A stretch of 64,000 nucleotides of DNA from Vicugna vicugna (lineage: Eukaryota): contig MU058206.1 in NCBI GenBank assembly GCA_013265495.1, positions 498,001 through 562,000 on the forward strand, read 5' to 3'. The position numbers and the translations under genes are program-made. The number at the start of each line of letters is the position of its first letter. Within the stretch, counting starts at the first letter, position 1. Under the pieces are notes generated by a model. That model did not search any database and was not told the DNA's origin. It worked only from the letters and a program-made list of their open reading frames with translations. Positions 1 through 13,865 of this stretch are shown in pieces.

Positions 1-1220
1 CAGTGGGCAAGGACACTTGAAGATCAAATCTGCTGCGGCCTGGCCGTCTGTCCTCCACTGAGCAAAGGCCTGGGGCACCATGAGATGGAGTCAGGCGGCT
101 TGTACCCACCCTTGGCTGCCCTGGGTTCCTGGGCCCCGATCGCATTCTGGGGTTAGCTCTGGAACAAGAGCAAGACTGTGCCAGCGTGGCGACTGAAACA
201 GGCATTGTGTGGTTCCTGTCTTTTCACACAGTATTTCCATGGTGCCAGCTGGGGATTAGGAGGGGATACCCAGGTCTCTCAAGAGTTGAGGTAACAGTGC
301 TTGGCTCAGATTACAGCTGTGTCACTGATGGGAGGGGGTGGGGAGGTGGCAGCCAGGACATAGGGCAGCTGTTCCCCAGGACTTGTCTGCCTGCCCCCCT
401 GCCTTGTTTGCGCCTCCATGTAGGAAAGCCCAGTCCCAGCCCCTAGCAGCTGTCCAGTCCTGACTGGACCCCTATTACACAGCTGGGAGGGACTCACAGT
501 AGGGTTTGGTCCACTGGGAGTTTAGTGGGGGAAACAGACCTTCAGAGGATGACAACGTGCCCTGGGTGACAGAGTTGGAAGCAGAACCTGGACCAGAACC
601 TCCTGACTCTGGGCCATGGCCTTATTCAGTTCTCCCTCCCCTCTTTATCGTGAAGCCAGGGCAAAGACAGAGGTATTTGGACCCCAGTTCTCAGTCCCTG
701 TCTACCTCACAGGTGGGTGGGCATTAATGTATGGGCAACTCTACCGTAGCCCTAAAGACCAGCTGGGCCAGAGATGACACCGGGACCCTGCAGCTGTGGA
801 GGTCCAGGCATAGCTCCCCTCAGCCAGGGGGAGCTTATCCTAAGGTAGGGATGGGTTTCTCAGGCTCCTCTGCCCAGCTGGACCAAAGTGCATGTCTGCT
901 CTGAGGAAAAGAAAGAGAAGAAGTGAGATAACTTGGGCTGGAGGCAGCTCCCAGTTGGCCCGGGGTGGCCCTGGCCTCTGTGGCTGAAGGCATGCGGGGT
1001 TCAGCTGAGGGTATGGGGAGGATGCAGCCTCCCTCAGGGTTAGGCTGGGTGGTGCGGTGGTTGGTGCGCTGTAGGGATCAGGAGAGACGCCTTGTCCTGT
1101 GCCCCTGGTCTCTTCTCTGAACCCTCAGGAAATGAAAGATTTAGTCAACCTGACCCCCAAGATGTCCTCTGGCTCCAGTGGTTTGCAACTGTGTGGGCTC
1201 ACCCTTCCCTCTCCCACCAG

Positions 1221-1362
1221 GGTCCAGCAATGCCTGTGAGAAAACCTCGTTCACCTTCCTCAGGCAGGAGCTGCCTGTGCGCTTGGCCAACATCATGAAA
1301 GAGATCAACCTGCTTCCTGACCGGGTGCTGAGCACACCCTCAGTGCAGCTGGTACAGAGCTG
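1221..1362 (+). CDS. PDK2: PDK2 exon 2
   Basis: ccaccag|GGTCC...TG|gtaaga; [48 protein letters not shown]. Confidence 0.96.
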
Positions 1363-4300
1363 GTAAGACCCCTGGCTAGGTCTCTGCACCTTGCATTCCA
1401 TCGCCAGATGCCCCCTGCTCTCAGCAGCCTTGAGGGAGGTGGGGACAGGGGGTGCATGGGCTCGGAGAGGTAGGAAAGGCCCAAGGTCAAGTGGGAATCC
1501 TTGGCCAGGGCAGGGACAAAGACCAAGCTCCTGGCTTCCATGTCTGTGGGACAGACAGGTCCATACAAACCACCCTCCATTCTCTGGAAAGCCAGGATCC
1601 ACCAGGTTCCACCTAGAAAACCATCATTTTCACAGCCAAAACCCCAAATCAGGCTAATGTCAGCAATTGCCATCAGCCCTGGTCCTGAAACCGCAGCACC
1701 TGTTGGATAATATTTACCTGGGGTAACTGTGGGAAACTGAAACAGGAAGAAGCGAGTCTTTACATTATATAATCCAAACAAGTCAGCTGATTTGGGATGT
1801 TGGAAAACACTCAGATAGGCCCAGAGATGGCACAGTACCAACCCCAGAGAGCTTTGGATGGGCAAAGATCGAAAGTTTATTGCACGGAGCAACAGTAGCA
1901 GGGAGAAATCCTCAGTAAACAAAATCCCTGTTTTTGTCCAGGGATAAGTAACTGAATGGCATTAGCCAACGGCCAGTCGCATGAAGAATATAAACAACAA
2001 TTTGCTCTGTCACTGGGCATGTAAATGGCTAGTGATGGTTGGTCTTCAGTGGCACGTGTGCAGAAATCTTTTGCCTGTTCTTCTGGCTATGGCTGTGGTT
2101 TCCTTTTGGGTTTGGGGTGTCCACACCTACTTGGACCCCAGTGCTGTGCTGGGTCTAGGAGGTCGGCGGCAGCAGCTGCCCTCAGGGAGCCCACCATCTC
2201 ATAGGGAGAATAAAAGAGGGCAAACTAAGAGCTACATAGTCAGTGGTAGGAGCAGTGAGCTGCTAAAGAGTTAGTTTTATTTGAATTAAAATCAAAATAT
2301 TATTTTAAAATAACTGACTTTTTTTTTTTTTACTTCGTTGCAGAAGTATAACATGTTCACTTTGACATTTGGAGAACACAGGAAAGTAGATAAAAGAGAA
2401 TGCCAACCACTATCCTCCACCCCTTAAACAAACACTGTTAAGGTTTCATAAGGTTTGACTGGTGCCTTTCCAGCCTTTTTCTATGTGTGGATATGCAAAT
2501 GCATGACTCATTCTAATTAAATGAGGATAAGGGAAGGCCAGGCACATGGTCCGTGCACAGTGAATTTTAGTTGAATCAGAAAGTTGTGGGGCCTACTATA
2601 TATAAAATAGGTAAATAAGGATCTACTATATAGCATAAGGACTTATATTCAATATCTTGTAATAACATATAATGGAAAAGAATCTGAAAAAGAATACATG
2701 TATATGTAACTGAATCACTTTGCTATCCACCTGAAACACTGTAAATCAACCATACTTCAATTTAAAAAAAAAGCCGCTGCTTGTGCAAAGGTGTGGAGGC
2801 AGGAAAGGGCCAAGCTAGAGCATCTGAGCACAGGCTTTGTGGACATAGTGCTGTTAGTGCAAGCTGGCAAGGGAGGGACGGGGAGGGCAGAGCCCGATTT
2901 TCATGTAACCCAACGAGGTCACCCCTTGCTGGGCCCTGTCCCTTAGAGGTCCAGGACCTCTGAGCCAACCGGCATTTCCTGCCATCGGGCAGTGTGGAAG
3001 GCATGGGGAGGAGACAGAAGGTGCCATCTGTTGTCCCCAGCCTCCTCCAGCTCTGTCCAGCTGAGTGACCTGGCTGCCTCTCCAGCTGGTCCCTGACTCC
3101 AGGGCAGGGCTTCTCAGGCCTCTCCCTGGACAGTGTGTTCCTAGGAGAGTCAGAGAATGCAGGGAGGGAGGGCAGGGAGCTGCTGAACTGCCTATGATGC
3201 CCTGGGCCCCGCAGAGCCCCTTCCTGAAAATCAGTTACATGTGTGGGGGCTTGGCCTGACCTCATTCTTCCCTCAAAGATGGGAAGTGAGTAATGTCAAG
3301 CAACAGCAGGAGGGAGTGAAGTTAGACAAGAGAGAACACGTCCCAGTGGATGGTTCCACTTAGAGGAGAGCAGGCCAAGTACTGCTTGCCAGAGGGTGCT
3401 GACAGTGAAGAGACAGCCTGCTGAGGTTGTTTCCGGAGAATGGGCATCGGCTGCAGTAAGAGAGACTGTGGTCTGAGGGAAGGAGGGACTTCCTGACAGG
3501 GACAAGGCGCCTGACTGTGAGAGAGGGCAGACCTCCCTCTCCAGGAGAACCACCTGCCAGCCTGGATGATGGAGGCAGTGGAAGTGGGCAGAGTTTGCAT
3601 GAGAGGAGGGGGACAACCTACCAGGTAGACTTGCAACAGGGCCACTAGCCTCAGAATCTGATGAGTAAGGAGCGAAACCTCTCCTTTGGGAAACGGGTAA
3701 GTCCTGTGCCAATGCTATTAGTAGTAGTAGTGGTAATAGTTAATATGTGGTAACAGCTAATGGAGTTTCTACTCACCTAGGGGAGAGGTTGTAGGCAGGA
3801 ATTACTATGGGCAAATGAGGAATTTCTGGCTCCGAACACACTTGATAAATGATTTCAGGTGGATAGACTTGGTGTAGTGGGATCCTGTTTTGGAGGTGAC
3901 TGGAAGGTAGCGGAAAGCCCCAAGCGTGGCTTCGGTGTGCCTGACTGCGAGGCTTGGCTTTGCTGCTTGCTGGACGCTTGCTGTTTGCCCAGGCACATGG
4001 TCTCTCTGAGCCTCGGCTTTCCTCTCTGTAAAGTGGGGTCCATTCTGTTTGTAAAGGTCCGGTGTCACTGCTGGATGTGAAAGTGACAACTCTAAACACA
4101 AATGATGTGCCTGAGTGTGTGGACGGCAGCACCTCCAGGTTTTCTTAGCCCGTGTAGTAATGGTCACGATGACAATGACAGAAGTGGACATACGTGGAGG
4201 GCCTGCTGGCCATCAGGACCTGTTCCAAGTGTGTCCCCCTATTAACTCATCTAACCTTCCCAACAAACAAACTTATGAAGTAGGCCTTGTTATCCCCATT

Positions 4301-7300
4301 GTATAGATGAGGAAACTGAGGTTCTGAGAGATGAAGAAACTTGTCTGAGCTCATTCAGGGCATCAGTGGTCGAGCCAGAATTCCATCCCAGGCTGTGTGA
4401 TCTGGAGGCTGCGTTCTCAAAGGGAAAGGGAAATGCCGCGTGCTGGGGCAGTGACCTGCAGTCAGAGATCTCTGAGCTCGTGGAGCAAGTCAGTGGGAAA
4501 GTAGATTTTCTTTACCGAGATGGGTTTGACGGCTAGTGTCACGGGGGCACAGAAGGAGTAACCTTGACAGTGCTCAGGAGAGAAAGGAGACAAGACAGCC
4601 TGAAGAGGGGTGTGGAGTCCACAGGATGTACTTCTAAGAAATGGAGTTGCAGAGTAGAATTAGATGACAGTGAGTCAGTCACTCCTGTCACCTACAGGGT
4701 CTTTGCAGAGCTTGCAGGGAAAGGGGCGGGAGGTGGTATGGCCAGCACCTTCTCCTGCACCTCTCTTGTCTATCAGCAAGGTGTATGGACCCCAAACCAG
4801 TCCTTGCCCTGGAAAAGAATGACCACGCACAGGTTCTGGACACCCAGGGCCTGTTCCGGGCCAGGCCCACTGCCGGGGCTTTAGCCAGATCCTGCCGCTA
4901 AATCCCTCAGATACCTCTTACCTAATCAGAGTGGAGACTAGCCACCCACGTCATCACTAGTCCATGTTGCAGTCCCACCGAGTGCCTGCTGCTTCCAGCC
5001 CCACTTCACAGATGCAGACGTGAGAGGCTCAGTGGCCTTTTGAGTGCACAGCCAACAGCACGACCCAAGTCGGCCTGGCTCAGGGCGGTGCCCGCCACCC
5101 TTCCACAAGCAGCTCCCACGTCTGTCACCTCTCCCCCCTCACAGGGCCTCCACCTTGCTCACAGCCCTTGTCCCCCGCAGCTGTACACACTAGTGCACGG
5201 TGCATACACACACACACACCCACAGACACACGCTTACTCCCCTACTCACTCAGTGCTCCCTCTGCCCCCACACAAGCCTGTGCACCCCTCCTCCCCATCA
5301 CCACACACGCATTCCAGCATCCCTACACCCACACCCACGTACACTCACACTCTCTCTCGCACACACACACATGCACTCTCTGCCTGTCCCCTAATTCCAC
5401 CCCTCCTACCTCTCAAATCCAGGGCTCTGGACTAGCTAGAAGTCTCCAGAAGGCAGGGTTCGAGGCTTCCACGTTACCTTGAGTCAGGGGAGGAAGTTCC
5501 AGGTCTCACCCCAGAGTCGTGGGCAGCCTTGCTCACTGCTGAGGTCAGCAGGCCAGGCCTTCCCTAAGGCGTCACGTTGGGCCCCACTGCCTGCTCTGCC
5601 TGGCCGAGGGCAGGAGACGCCTCTGTCATGGCACCACTGGTCCAGACCAACCGTGTCTAAGCTCAGCTCTTTCTCTGGCCCTCTGGGGTGGGCAGCCCAG
5701 GAGCCAGCATCACTCCCTCCCCAGTGTCTTTCCCTTTTTAGGACCAAGATCTGGCCCAAGGATGAGGTCTGGTCTGCCAGGCCCATGGTGAGCTTCAGTC
5801 CAAGGCGAGGTTCCCCTGGAAGAATCATTGTCATCTTCTCTCTTCCAAGAGGACACCCAGGTCCACTTCTCTGAAGGAATGGCCCTGAGAGGGAGACAGG
5901 CGGAGGCTTTGAACCCTGCCTCACAGTCTGGAGCCAGAGAGGCCTGAGGCTGGCAGCTCTCCTCATAGCCGTGCTCGCAGGCACTGCCTGGTGCCAGTCT
6001 ATCCTGGTGCCCTTTGCTCTGCTTCATTGGCTATGTGACCCGGCCCCATTCTGCCCTTCAGGGTTCATTAGGCAGCCACAGAGGGGCGGTGCCAGCAGCT
6101 GGAGCTCTCACCCTACCCGGGGCAGGGCCGGGTGCGGGGAGTCTGTCCCTGCCCCACTCCCAGCCCAGCTGCTCAGGCCCCCCAGCTCCCACCCCCTCCC
6201 TCTCTGATTGGCCCCCACTCAGCTGGTCTCCTCTCTTTCCTTCTCTACCTGTGTCCAGCATTGCATCCTTGCAGGTCCTCTTCCCAGATCCCTTCTCCCT
6301 CTAAGAATCACGTGAGCATGAAGCTTTATTGTGGGCATGATCAGGGGATGGGGTATGTGGAGTGACGCAGGCCTGTGAGAGAGAGTCCCAGCTCAGCATG
6401 TGAACTGTAAAATGGGTGGAGCTGTAGCGCCCACCCCACAGGGGATTGTGGAGGTTAAAGTTGGGGAACAGGTAAGCACAGAGCAGAGCCCTGGCACAAG
6501 GCCAGTAAATGCTGGCTGCCCTCACCGTCGACACCAGCAGCATCACCGTTAGGACAGGTGTAGACAGTGAGCACTTGGCCATGTGATGGCAGACTTGGCA
6601 TCAGACTGACCTGGGTTGAATCCCAGCGCAGCTGCTTACTGTGTGGCCTGGGGCATATTACCTGCCCTCCCTGAGCTGGTTTCCTTGTCTGCACAAAGGG
6701 GAAATACCACATGCTTGTGAAGGCTACTGGGAAATGAGAGACCCTGTGCAGACTGTGAACGCAGGTGGGCACTGACAGTGACTGGGTAAGTGCCGGCTGT
6801 TAGTCTCCAGGGAGCCCGAGGTGATGCCGTAGGAGGGCCACTCTGATTGTCTGACGGGGAGAGGGTACTGAGGGGAAGCTGGTCTCTTTTGCTCTCTGGG
6901 CTCCCCCTGCCATGACTGTGATGCCTCCCGCCGGGCGCTGTGCCCGGCCCTGGGTGGGGAGGGCAGGCGGGAGCAGCAGGGCTGGGACAGCCCCCTTCCT
7001 GCCACTGGTGGCTGTCCAGAGCGTGACAGATTCAAACATGGTGTGATTCAGAGCCTGTGCCCAGTTGGGAGGAGTGCGTCACGTGCCACCTGGGGACTCA
7101 GAGGGTGCACTCAGCTGTTGACACTGTTTGAACCACGGCTCATGTCAAGAACAGACATTTGGAGAGTGCTCGCTATGTGCTGGGCACTGTGTTAATTATC
7201 ATATTTCTCACCAAAAAGTAGTGATAGCAGTAGGTACAAGACTCTCTCTTTTTCTGATGAGAAAACTCAGGCCCAGAGAGGTTCCGTGACTTACCCAGAG

Positions 7301-10300
7301 CCACACAGCTCAAAGTTGGAAAAGCCCGAAGCTGGGAGCAGAGGCAGCTCCAAAGCTAGCTCTTCCACCCTCTTCTCTACTGGCTTGAGCAAGAGAAGGA
7401 AGAATAGCAGTTAGGAGGTGAAGGGGCAGAGCGCTCCGGGCGGGGGAAACCGCGGGCCCAGCGGGTGAGCACTTGGAGCAGCCCAGCACGATGCGGTGCA
7501 GGAGCACTGTGCGCATGGGACTGCTTCCGACGGTGGGGGGCCCTCTCCAGAGAGGCTGTTGGCCCCAGGGGCCCTCCCCGCTCAGGGTTCTCGCAGCCCC
7601 TCCTTCCTGCTGGCTGGCAGTGTTTCTGCCTGAGAGAAGCTCAGCTCTCCGCCTTCCCCAGCCCGAGCTGCGGGCCGAGCGTGTTAGCAGGGGAGCCGTG
7701 GGAGTCCTGCCACACGTTGCGGGGCAGGGGACAGTGGCACCAGGTGGGCGCTGTCTGGCCAGCCCTGGCCCCTTTGGGCTCTCCATGGGCTCCAGTCCCA
7801 CCCAATGTCAAGCTGGGCATGCCCACCCCATCCCCGAGCCTTCCCACCCATTTAAAATCCACTTCCCTAGGCAGACTGCACAGCTCCTGGGGCCCGGCCC
7901 AGACCCACCCACTCAGCCCGGGCCCAGAGGGTGTGAGGCTATTACCTCCCTCACTGAACACCTACTGTGTGAGAGCCCTCCACTAGCCACGCCGCCACCT
8001 GTGCCCCACGGGATGCAGTGACAGCCTTGCAGAACTGACATAAAGATCTGTTTCCGGGAAGGGCCCAGGAAGGTTGAGTGCCCTGCCCCAGCCTTCTCTC
8101 ACTGCTGGCCTTGGGCAGGCCCTCCCCTGCTCAGCCTGTGCCTCAGTCTCCTAATCCAGGAGACCAGTGGTGGGGGTGGTCACTAAGCCCCTTGGAAGAC
8201 TGCTGTTGTAGGATTCCAAGGCAAAAGCGCTCTAAGAACCGACAAATCAGAGGTTTCCTTGCAAAGCCTACTATGTTGTCCGGGAGGCTCATGTTCAGAC
8301 TGAGTGGAGGGAGAAAATCAGTGATGCAGCTTGTCTGCTGTGCAGCCCAGCTCTGTGTGGTGCCCACTGGAGGCACAGAACAGAAGTGGGGTCAGGTGGG
8401 AAGGGTCCCGGCCCCGAGCTGAAGCGATATCCCCTCCCCTTCCCACACACAGGTATGTCCAGAGTCTCCTGGACATCATGGAGTTCCTGGACAAGGACCC
8501 CGAGGACCATCGTACCCTGAGCCAGTGAGTGAGGCTCTGGCTGGGGGCGGGCGGGCAGGTGTAGGTCACAGCCCTGGGGGCAGAAATGGATATCCAGTCT
8601 GACGGGGAAAAAGCCCCTGTCCTTGGTGTGCCCTGAGTCTGCTAGGGGGTCCAGGCCCTGCCCCTGCAGAGCTCCCAGGCTGTCAAGCAGGCGGTGGAAG
8701 ATTCGGGGTGGGCTCTGGGAGGAGTGGGCTCAGAATAATCAAGTGGGTGAAGACACTGTGGAGAGGAAGTCAGAGTGGGGAGAGTCTGAGGGTGTCCCAG
8801 GGCTGGGGTGGGGTGGGGGCCAATGTCTGTACCCTCCACAGGTTCACCGATGCCCTGGTCACCATCCGAAACCGCCACAACGACGTGGTGCCCACCATGG
8901 CGCAGGGCGTGCTGGAGTACAAGGACGCCTACGGCGACGACCCCGTCTCCAACCAGAACATCCAGTACTTCCTGGACCGCTTCTACCTCAGCCGCATCTC
9001 CATTCGCATGCTCATCAACCAGCACAGTGAGCGGGCGCAGCGGGCACATTCACTGTTCAAATGTTTACAGAATGCAAACTTCTGTCACCTCTCTGTGTAT
9101 AAACTCTTGTTACACTCAGAAACGGGTTGTTGTCTAGAGTTTCTCATTCCAGAAGTCTTCACTATGATAAGTTCCTCACACTCAAATAATTTCAAACCCA
9201 AGATGGTAAAAATTATTTTTAAACGTATAGCAAAAGAGAGGAATAAATGTAACGTGGGATGTGTGGGGACAAGACTTCAGAGAAGAATTGTTCAGGCCTA
9301 CAAAGGTCCAAAAATGGCCTGAGCCGGGGTTAGAGGGGTCGGGGCCAGACGGCAGGAGGGTTAGGAATAGAGGTGGAGAGCTGGGGAGCCAGGGCGCGAG
9401 GCAGCGGTGAGGCAGGCTCTGTGCCCCCACCAGCAGCGCCCTCCCTTCCTGCCCGCAGCCCTGATCTTTGATGGCAGCACCAACCCAGCCCACCCCAAAC
9501 ACATCGGCAGCATCGACCCCAACTGCAACGTCTCTGAGGTGGTGAAAGGTAAGCCGTCCCCACCGTGCCTGACCCACAGAGGTGCCCCAGTGACCCCTCC
9601 GAGCTTACCTGGCCAGAGGGTGACCCATTCCCCAGGGGGAGGGGGCAAGATCTCCTTGGGTATAATGTTGGTGACACCTTGTGTCTGTGCCAAGAGGACT
9701 GGCTGCTGGGGGGAGCCCCCTGTTCCCTGAATGGCCCCTGTCTTCTCTCAGATGCCTACGACATGGCCAAGCTCCTGTGTGACAAGTATTACATGGCCTC
9801 ACCCGACCTGGAGATCCAGGAGATCAATGGTGAGTGAGCAAGGCTGTGTCTGTCTGTCTATCTGTCTCAGGGCTGGGGGCACGAGAGAGGAAAGTGAGGC
9901 GGGAGTCAGGAAATGAACTGTTGCCTGGATGAGGGAGAAGCCGAGCTATTATTGTATTATTGTTATTACTGGTTTATCTGGGAAATATTTATCAAGCAGT
10001 AAACAGGCAAGGTCCCTGTTCCCACAGAGCTTACATTCTTGGTACTGGGGAGGATGGGGAACGAGGGCCCTTTAAGCAATGAACGAATAATAAACAAGGT
10101 AATTTCAGATCATGATAAGTGACAGGAAGGAAATAAAATGGGGTAACATGACAATGAAAGGCAGGGCCCAAGAGTTGGGCATATCACTTCCCTAAGTCTC
10201 CTGGCTCTTCCTGGCTGCAAGGGAGGCTGGGAATTTAGTCTCTAGCTGGGCAGTCCTGTACCAGTTAAAACTTCAAGGGACAGAGGTGTCTGTTACTAAA

Positions 10301-13300
10301 GGAAGAAAAGAAATAATGGATACAAGAGGTTGGCTATAGGGTGTTCCTACTTTGGATGGGGTAATCGAGGACCAGAAGGACCAGGGTGGTGGGGTGGGAG
10401 ATTGAAGGTGTGATGGGTGAGAGAAAGAGACAGGTGTGCAGGGCCCATGGGCCACGGACAGGAGCTGGAATTTTGAGAGCAAGAGGAAGCCACTGGAGGG
10501 TATGAAGGATGGTAATGACAGGATCTGACTTCCATTCTAAAGATATTTAGAGGTTGGAGGAGGCAGGAGAGGACACAGGAAAACCAGTTAGGAGGTCATT
10601 GCAGGATCCAGACAAGGGGAGGGGAAGGTAGCAGAGATGGAAAGAAGGAAATGGACTGGATCTTGGATCTTAGAGGTGGAGGGGCCAGGACTTGCTGATG
10701 AACCAGGGGCAGAGGGAAGAGGAGGACCAGGGACCTGGAAATGACCTCTACCCTCCCCATCACCCACCTGCTCCTCAGCCACCCCAGGCCTGCGTGCCAG
10801 AAACCTGAAGTGTTCATGCCCCTGTACCTGGACGTCACGTTGCCCATATCCTAGCCTTCCCTTGAGACCTGATTCAAGTCCAGCTCCTCTGAAAAGCCTT
10901 CCCAGATCTCCCAGAGAAGCCAGTTAGGCACCCGCCTGCCCCAGGTGTATCTCTGTGTATTGCACGTTTGAATTACTTAGGGGCAGAGACCAAAAGGCAG
11001 GCCACTTAATTTCAGGGTCCCCAGGGCAAAGCCCAGGACCTAGCACACAGCTCTGGGTACAACACCTAATGTGAAAGTCAGTTGTGCGTTTCTCTGTCTA
11101 GACTTGAATTTCCAAAAGTGTAGGGCTGAATTTTATTCATCTTTATGTCTCCACTGCCCAGCACAGGGCCTGAGATCCTTTCATTTATTGATCCATTGCA
11201 CCTTTAGTGAGCTGCTGCTGCATACAAAGCCCTGTGCCAGGCAGCAGGAAAAGACACTCAGTCCCTAAAACCAAGAAACTCTCTGAGATAGACTGATTCT
11301 TGGGAAGTAGGATGCTGGTGTCAGGAACATCTGGGCAGCCCCCTTCCCTTTCCCCTAGGTGAAAAAGCATTCCAGGGGATTCTGGTAGCCAGATGAATGC
11401 TAGTAGACTAGATATAGAATAGACAGATACTATCCGAGTGGATGAATGATGGATAGATAGATAGATGAATCGAAGGATGACTCTGTGCTCTGAATAATTT
11501 GATAGATGAGAAAGATAGATGTTTGAACAGATGCATAGACTGAAGGATGGTTGGATGGATACTGAATGGGTAGATAGAGGAATGAATGGATGTTGAATGG
11601 ATATGATTGATGAATGGATGGATAGATGGATGGATGGACAAACAGACATTATATAATGGATATTGTATGAGAATGGAACAGATATTGCACATGGATAGTT
11701 GAATGGACACTGAATGAATGGATAGATGGATGGGTGAATGAGCAGATGGATGGACACTGGATGGTGGTTGAGTGCTGGGGGCTACATTCACCATTCACTC
11801 ACCTCTTGACAATTTCCTGATCTTTGGTCTTGACTTCCCTGGCAGCATCCAACTCCAAACAGCCAATTCACATGGTCTATGTACCCTCCCACCTCTACCA
11901 CATGCTTTTTGAACTCTTCAAGGTGAGGAGGCTGTGGGATGGTCCTTTGTGAGGGATGGGGGGCAGTCAAGGCTAGGCTGCTCTCACTCATCTCCTACCT
12001 CCTTCCCTGCACAGAATGCCATGCGAGCAACTGTGGAAAGCCATGAATCCAGCCTCACTCTCCCACCTATCAAGGTCATGGTGGCCCTGGGCGAGGAAGA
12101 TCTTTCCATCAAAGTATGTGACCCTTGACTTTGTGGGGTAGAGACTTTTCTCCTGCCAGGAGGTGGGCTTAGGGAAGACCCTGGGGGTAAGGAAGACCAT
12201 GAGAAGGTCAGGGGTGGCGTGTGGAGGAAACTGAGATCTGGAGAGCCCCTGACATGTCCCATCTTCCCCAGATGAGTGACCGAGGTGGGGGTGTCCCCTT
12301 GAGGAAGATCGAGCGACTCTTCAGCTACATGTACTCCACGGCACCCACACCCCAGCCTGGCACCGGGGGAACCCCACTGGTGAGATGGCTGCATTCCAGT
12401 TCCCCCACCTCCCAGAGAATGCCTGTTGGTTTTTTCGTCTCTTTTTGTCAAATTGTCTCTCTTCCCCATCTCTTGCTTCCATGTCTCCCATGGTCTCTCC
12501 ATCCTCGTGTGGCCATGTGTGATGTCAGTCTGCTGGGCCTCCCTGTTCCTCCCATCTCTCCCCAGTCTGCACCCACCTCCCTATCTGAAGGTGCCTGTCT
12601 GTTACCTTTCCTCAGTTCTCCCTGCCCCTCTATCTCTCCATAAGGTTACCACCTCTCTCAGTATTGTTCAACTCACCTCACCTCCCTGTCCATACCCAAC
12701 GGAGTAGGCAAGGCTGGGTGTGGGAAATTGAGACTAAGAGGAGCCTCGTGATCTGCCCAGACCCCTGGCTTCCAGAGTTCCTCTCCCTGCCCTGCCTGCT
12801 GCTCCCTACCCCCAACATGCTCTGCAGCCTTCCTCCCTCCCTCTGCCAGTGATTTCCCTCATTCCACGGCCCACATCTTGCCTCAGAGCCATCCCTTTCT
12901 CATGTCCCCTCCCCACCCCAATTCCAGGAGTCCCCCTGCATGACCCCCAGCTCAGCATTCCTCACTCAGCACACCATCCCTGCAGCTCCAGGCGCCAGCG
13001 TCTCATCGCTCTCCCTTCCTGCCCCTTTGCAGGCTGGCTTCGGGTACGGGCTCCCCATTTCCCGCCTCTATGCCAAGTACTTCCAGGGGGACCTGCAGCT
13101 CTTCTCCATGGAGGGCTTTGGGACTGATGCTGTCATCTATCTCAAGGTGAGGGCAGAGCCTGGCTGGGGTTGGAGGGGCGGCTTGCTGACAGGTCAGGCA
13201 GGGTTGGCCTTTTAGGTGTCTTTTCCATCCCTCCAATCTTTCCCTGATTCCAGACTGAGAATCAGAGCAAAGCTGCAGTTCCCCAACCACCAGACCCCCA

Positions 13301-13865
13301 AGTTGGCAGGCAGTTTCAGGGAGTCATGGCGCATGACTGCGACCCCTGTCCTGGGAACCTTTGATTCTTCAGACTCACAAGGAAGGTGGGGAACCACAGA
13401 GAACTTGTCATTCAGCTCAGGGGGGAGACTGAGGCCCAGAGTTGGTGACCTTGTTCAAGGTCACACAGCCCAGCTTCCTCCCTCGCTCTCCCTGACCCTT
13501 GGAGTGAGTACCCTTTTTGAACCGGCAGAAGTGAGCCACAGGAGGGACAGACCCTTTCATGGGTCTTTCTGGGTTAGTTGTCTCAGCCAGTGTCTGGCAC
13601 CTGGCTGGGCTGATGTGTGGGCCACAGTCAGTAGCCACCAGAGCTCACGCTGGGGCAAGGGTGGTCTGCCAGACAGTGGGCAAGGCACAGGGAAGCGGGA
13701 GAGGCTAACCCTGCTGCCCTCCAGGCCCTGTCCACGGACTCAGTGGAGCGCCTACCCGTCTACAACAAGTCAGCCTGGCGCCACTACCAGACCATCCAGG
13801 AGGCTGGCGACTGGTGTGTGCCCAGCACAGAGCCCAAGAACACTTCCACCTACCGTGTCAGCTAA
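1221..13865 (+). CDS. PDK2: Pyruvate dehydrogenase kinase 2, 5'-partial (exons 2-11; exon 1 upstream of window)
   Basis: Exons 1221-1362, 8453-8524, 8842-9026, 9459-9548, 9752-9829, 11846-11922, 12015-12113, 12272-12379, 13033-13146, 13725-13865. All introns are GT-AG and phases are consistent. GHKL-kinase motifs ELFKNAMRA, SDRGGG and AGFGYGLP are present; C-terminus [18 protein letters not shown]. Confidence 0.97.
2594..2772 (+). mobile_element. 5'-truncated LINE-1 3' end (cetartiodactyl type)
   Basis: ...atggaaaagaatctgaaaaagaatac...actgaatcactttgct...acctgaaac...tgtaaatcaac...tacttcaat plus poly-A. Confidence 0.75.
4230..4410. mobile_element. MIR SINE (one of many; others near 6620, 7200, 13420, 18520, 19780, 20790, 23930, 37750, 51940, 52930, 60340)
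   Basis: MIR core: ccccattgtatagatgaggaaactgagg. Confidence 0.65.
8453..8524 (+). CDS. PDK2: PDK2 exon 3
   Basis: cacag|G...CA|gtgagt; [24 protein letters not shown]. Confidence 0.96.
8842..9026 (+). CDS. PDK2: PDK2 exon 4
   Basis: [22 protein letters not shown]...[14 protein letters not shown] boundaries. Confidence 0.96.
9459..9548 (+). CDS. PDK2: PDK2 exon 5
   Basis: [33 protein letters not shown] boundaries. Confidence 0.96.
9752..9829 (+). CDS. PDK2: PDK2 exon 6
   Basis: [30 protein letters not shown] boundaries. Confidence 0.96.
11430..11765. repeat. Degenerate (TGGA/TAGA)n simple repeat
   Basis: Visible gatggatgga/gatagata runs in PDK2 intron 6. Confidence 0.8.
11846..11922 (+). 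CDS. PDK2: PDK2 exon 7
   Basis: [26 protein letters not shown] read by hand; cag|...AAG|gtgagg. Confidence 0.95.
12015..12113 (+). CDS. PDK2: PDK2 exon 8
   Basis: [37 protein letters not shown] boundaries. Confidence 0.96.
12272..12379 (+). CDS. PDK2: PDK2 exon 9
   Basis: [40 protein letters not shown] boundaries. Confidence 0.96.
13033..13146 (+). CDS. PDK2: PDK2 exon 10
   Basis: [42 protein letters not shown] boundaries. Confidence 0.96.
13725..13865 (+). CDS. PDK2: PDK2 exon 11 coding part (TAA 13863-13865)
   Basis: [46 protein letters not shown]. Confidence 0.96.
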   Translation, partial: ALSTDSVERLPVYNKSAWRHYQTIQEAGDWCVPSTEPKNTSTYRVS

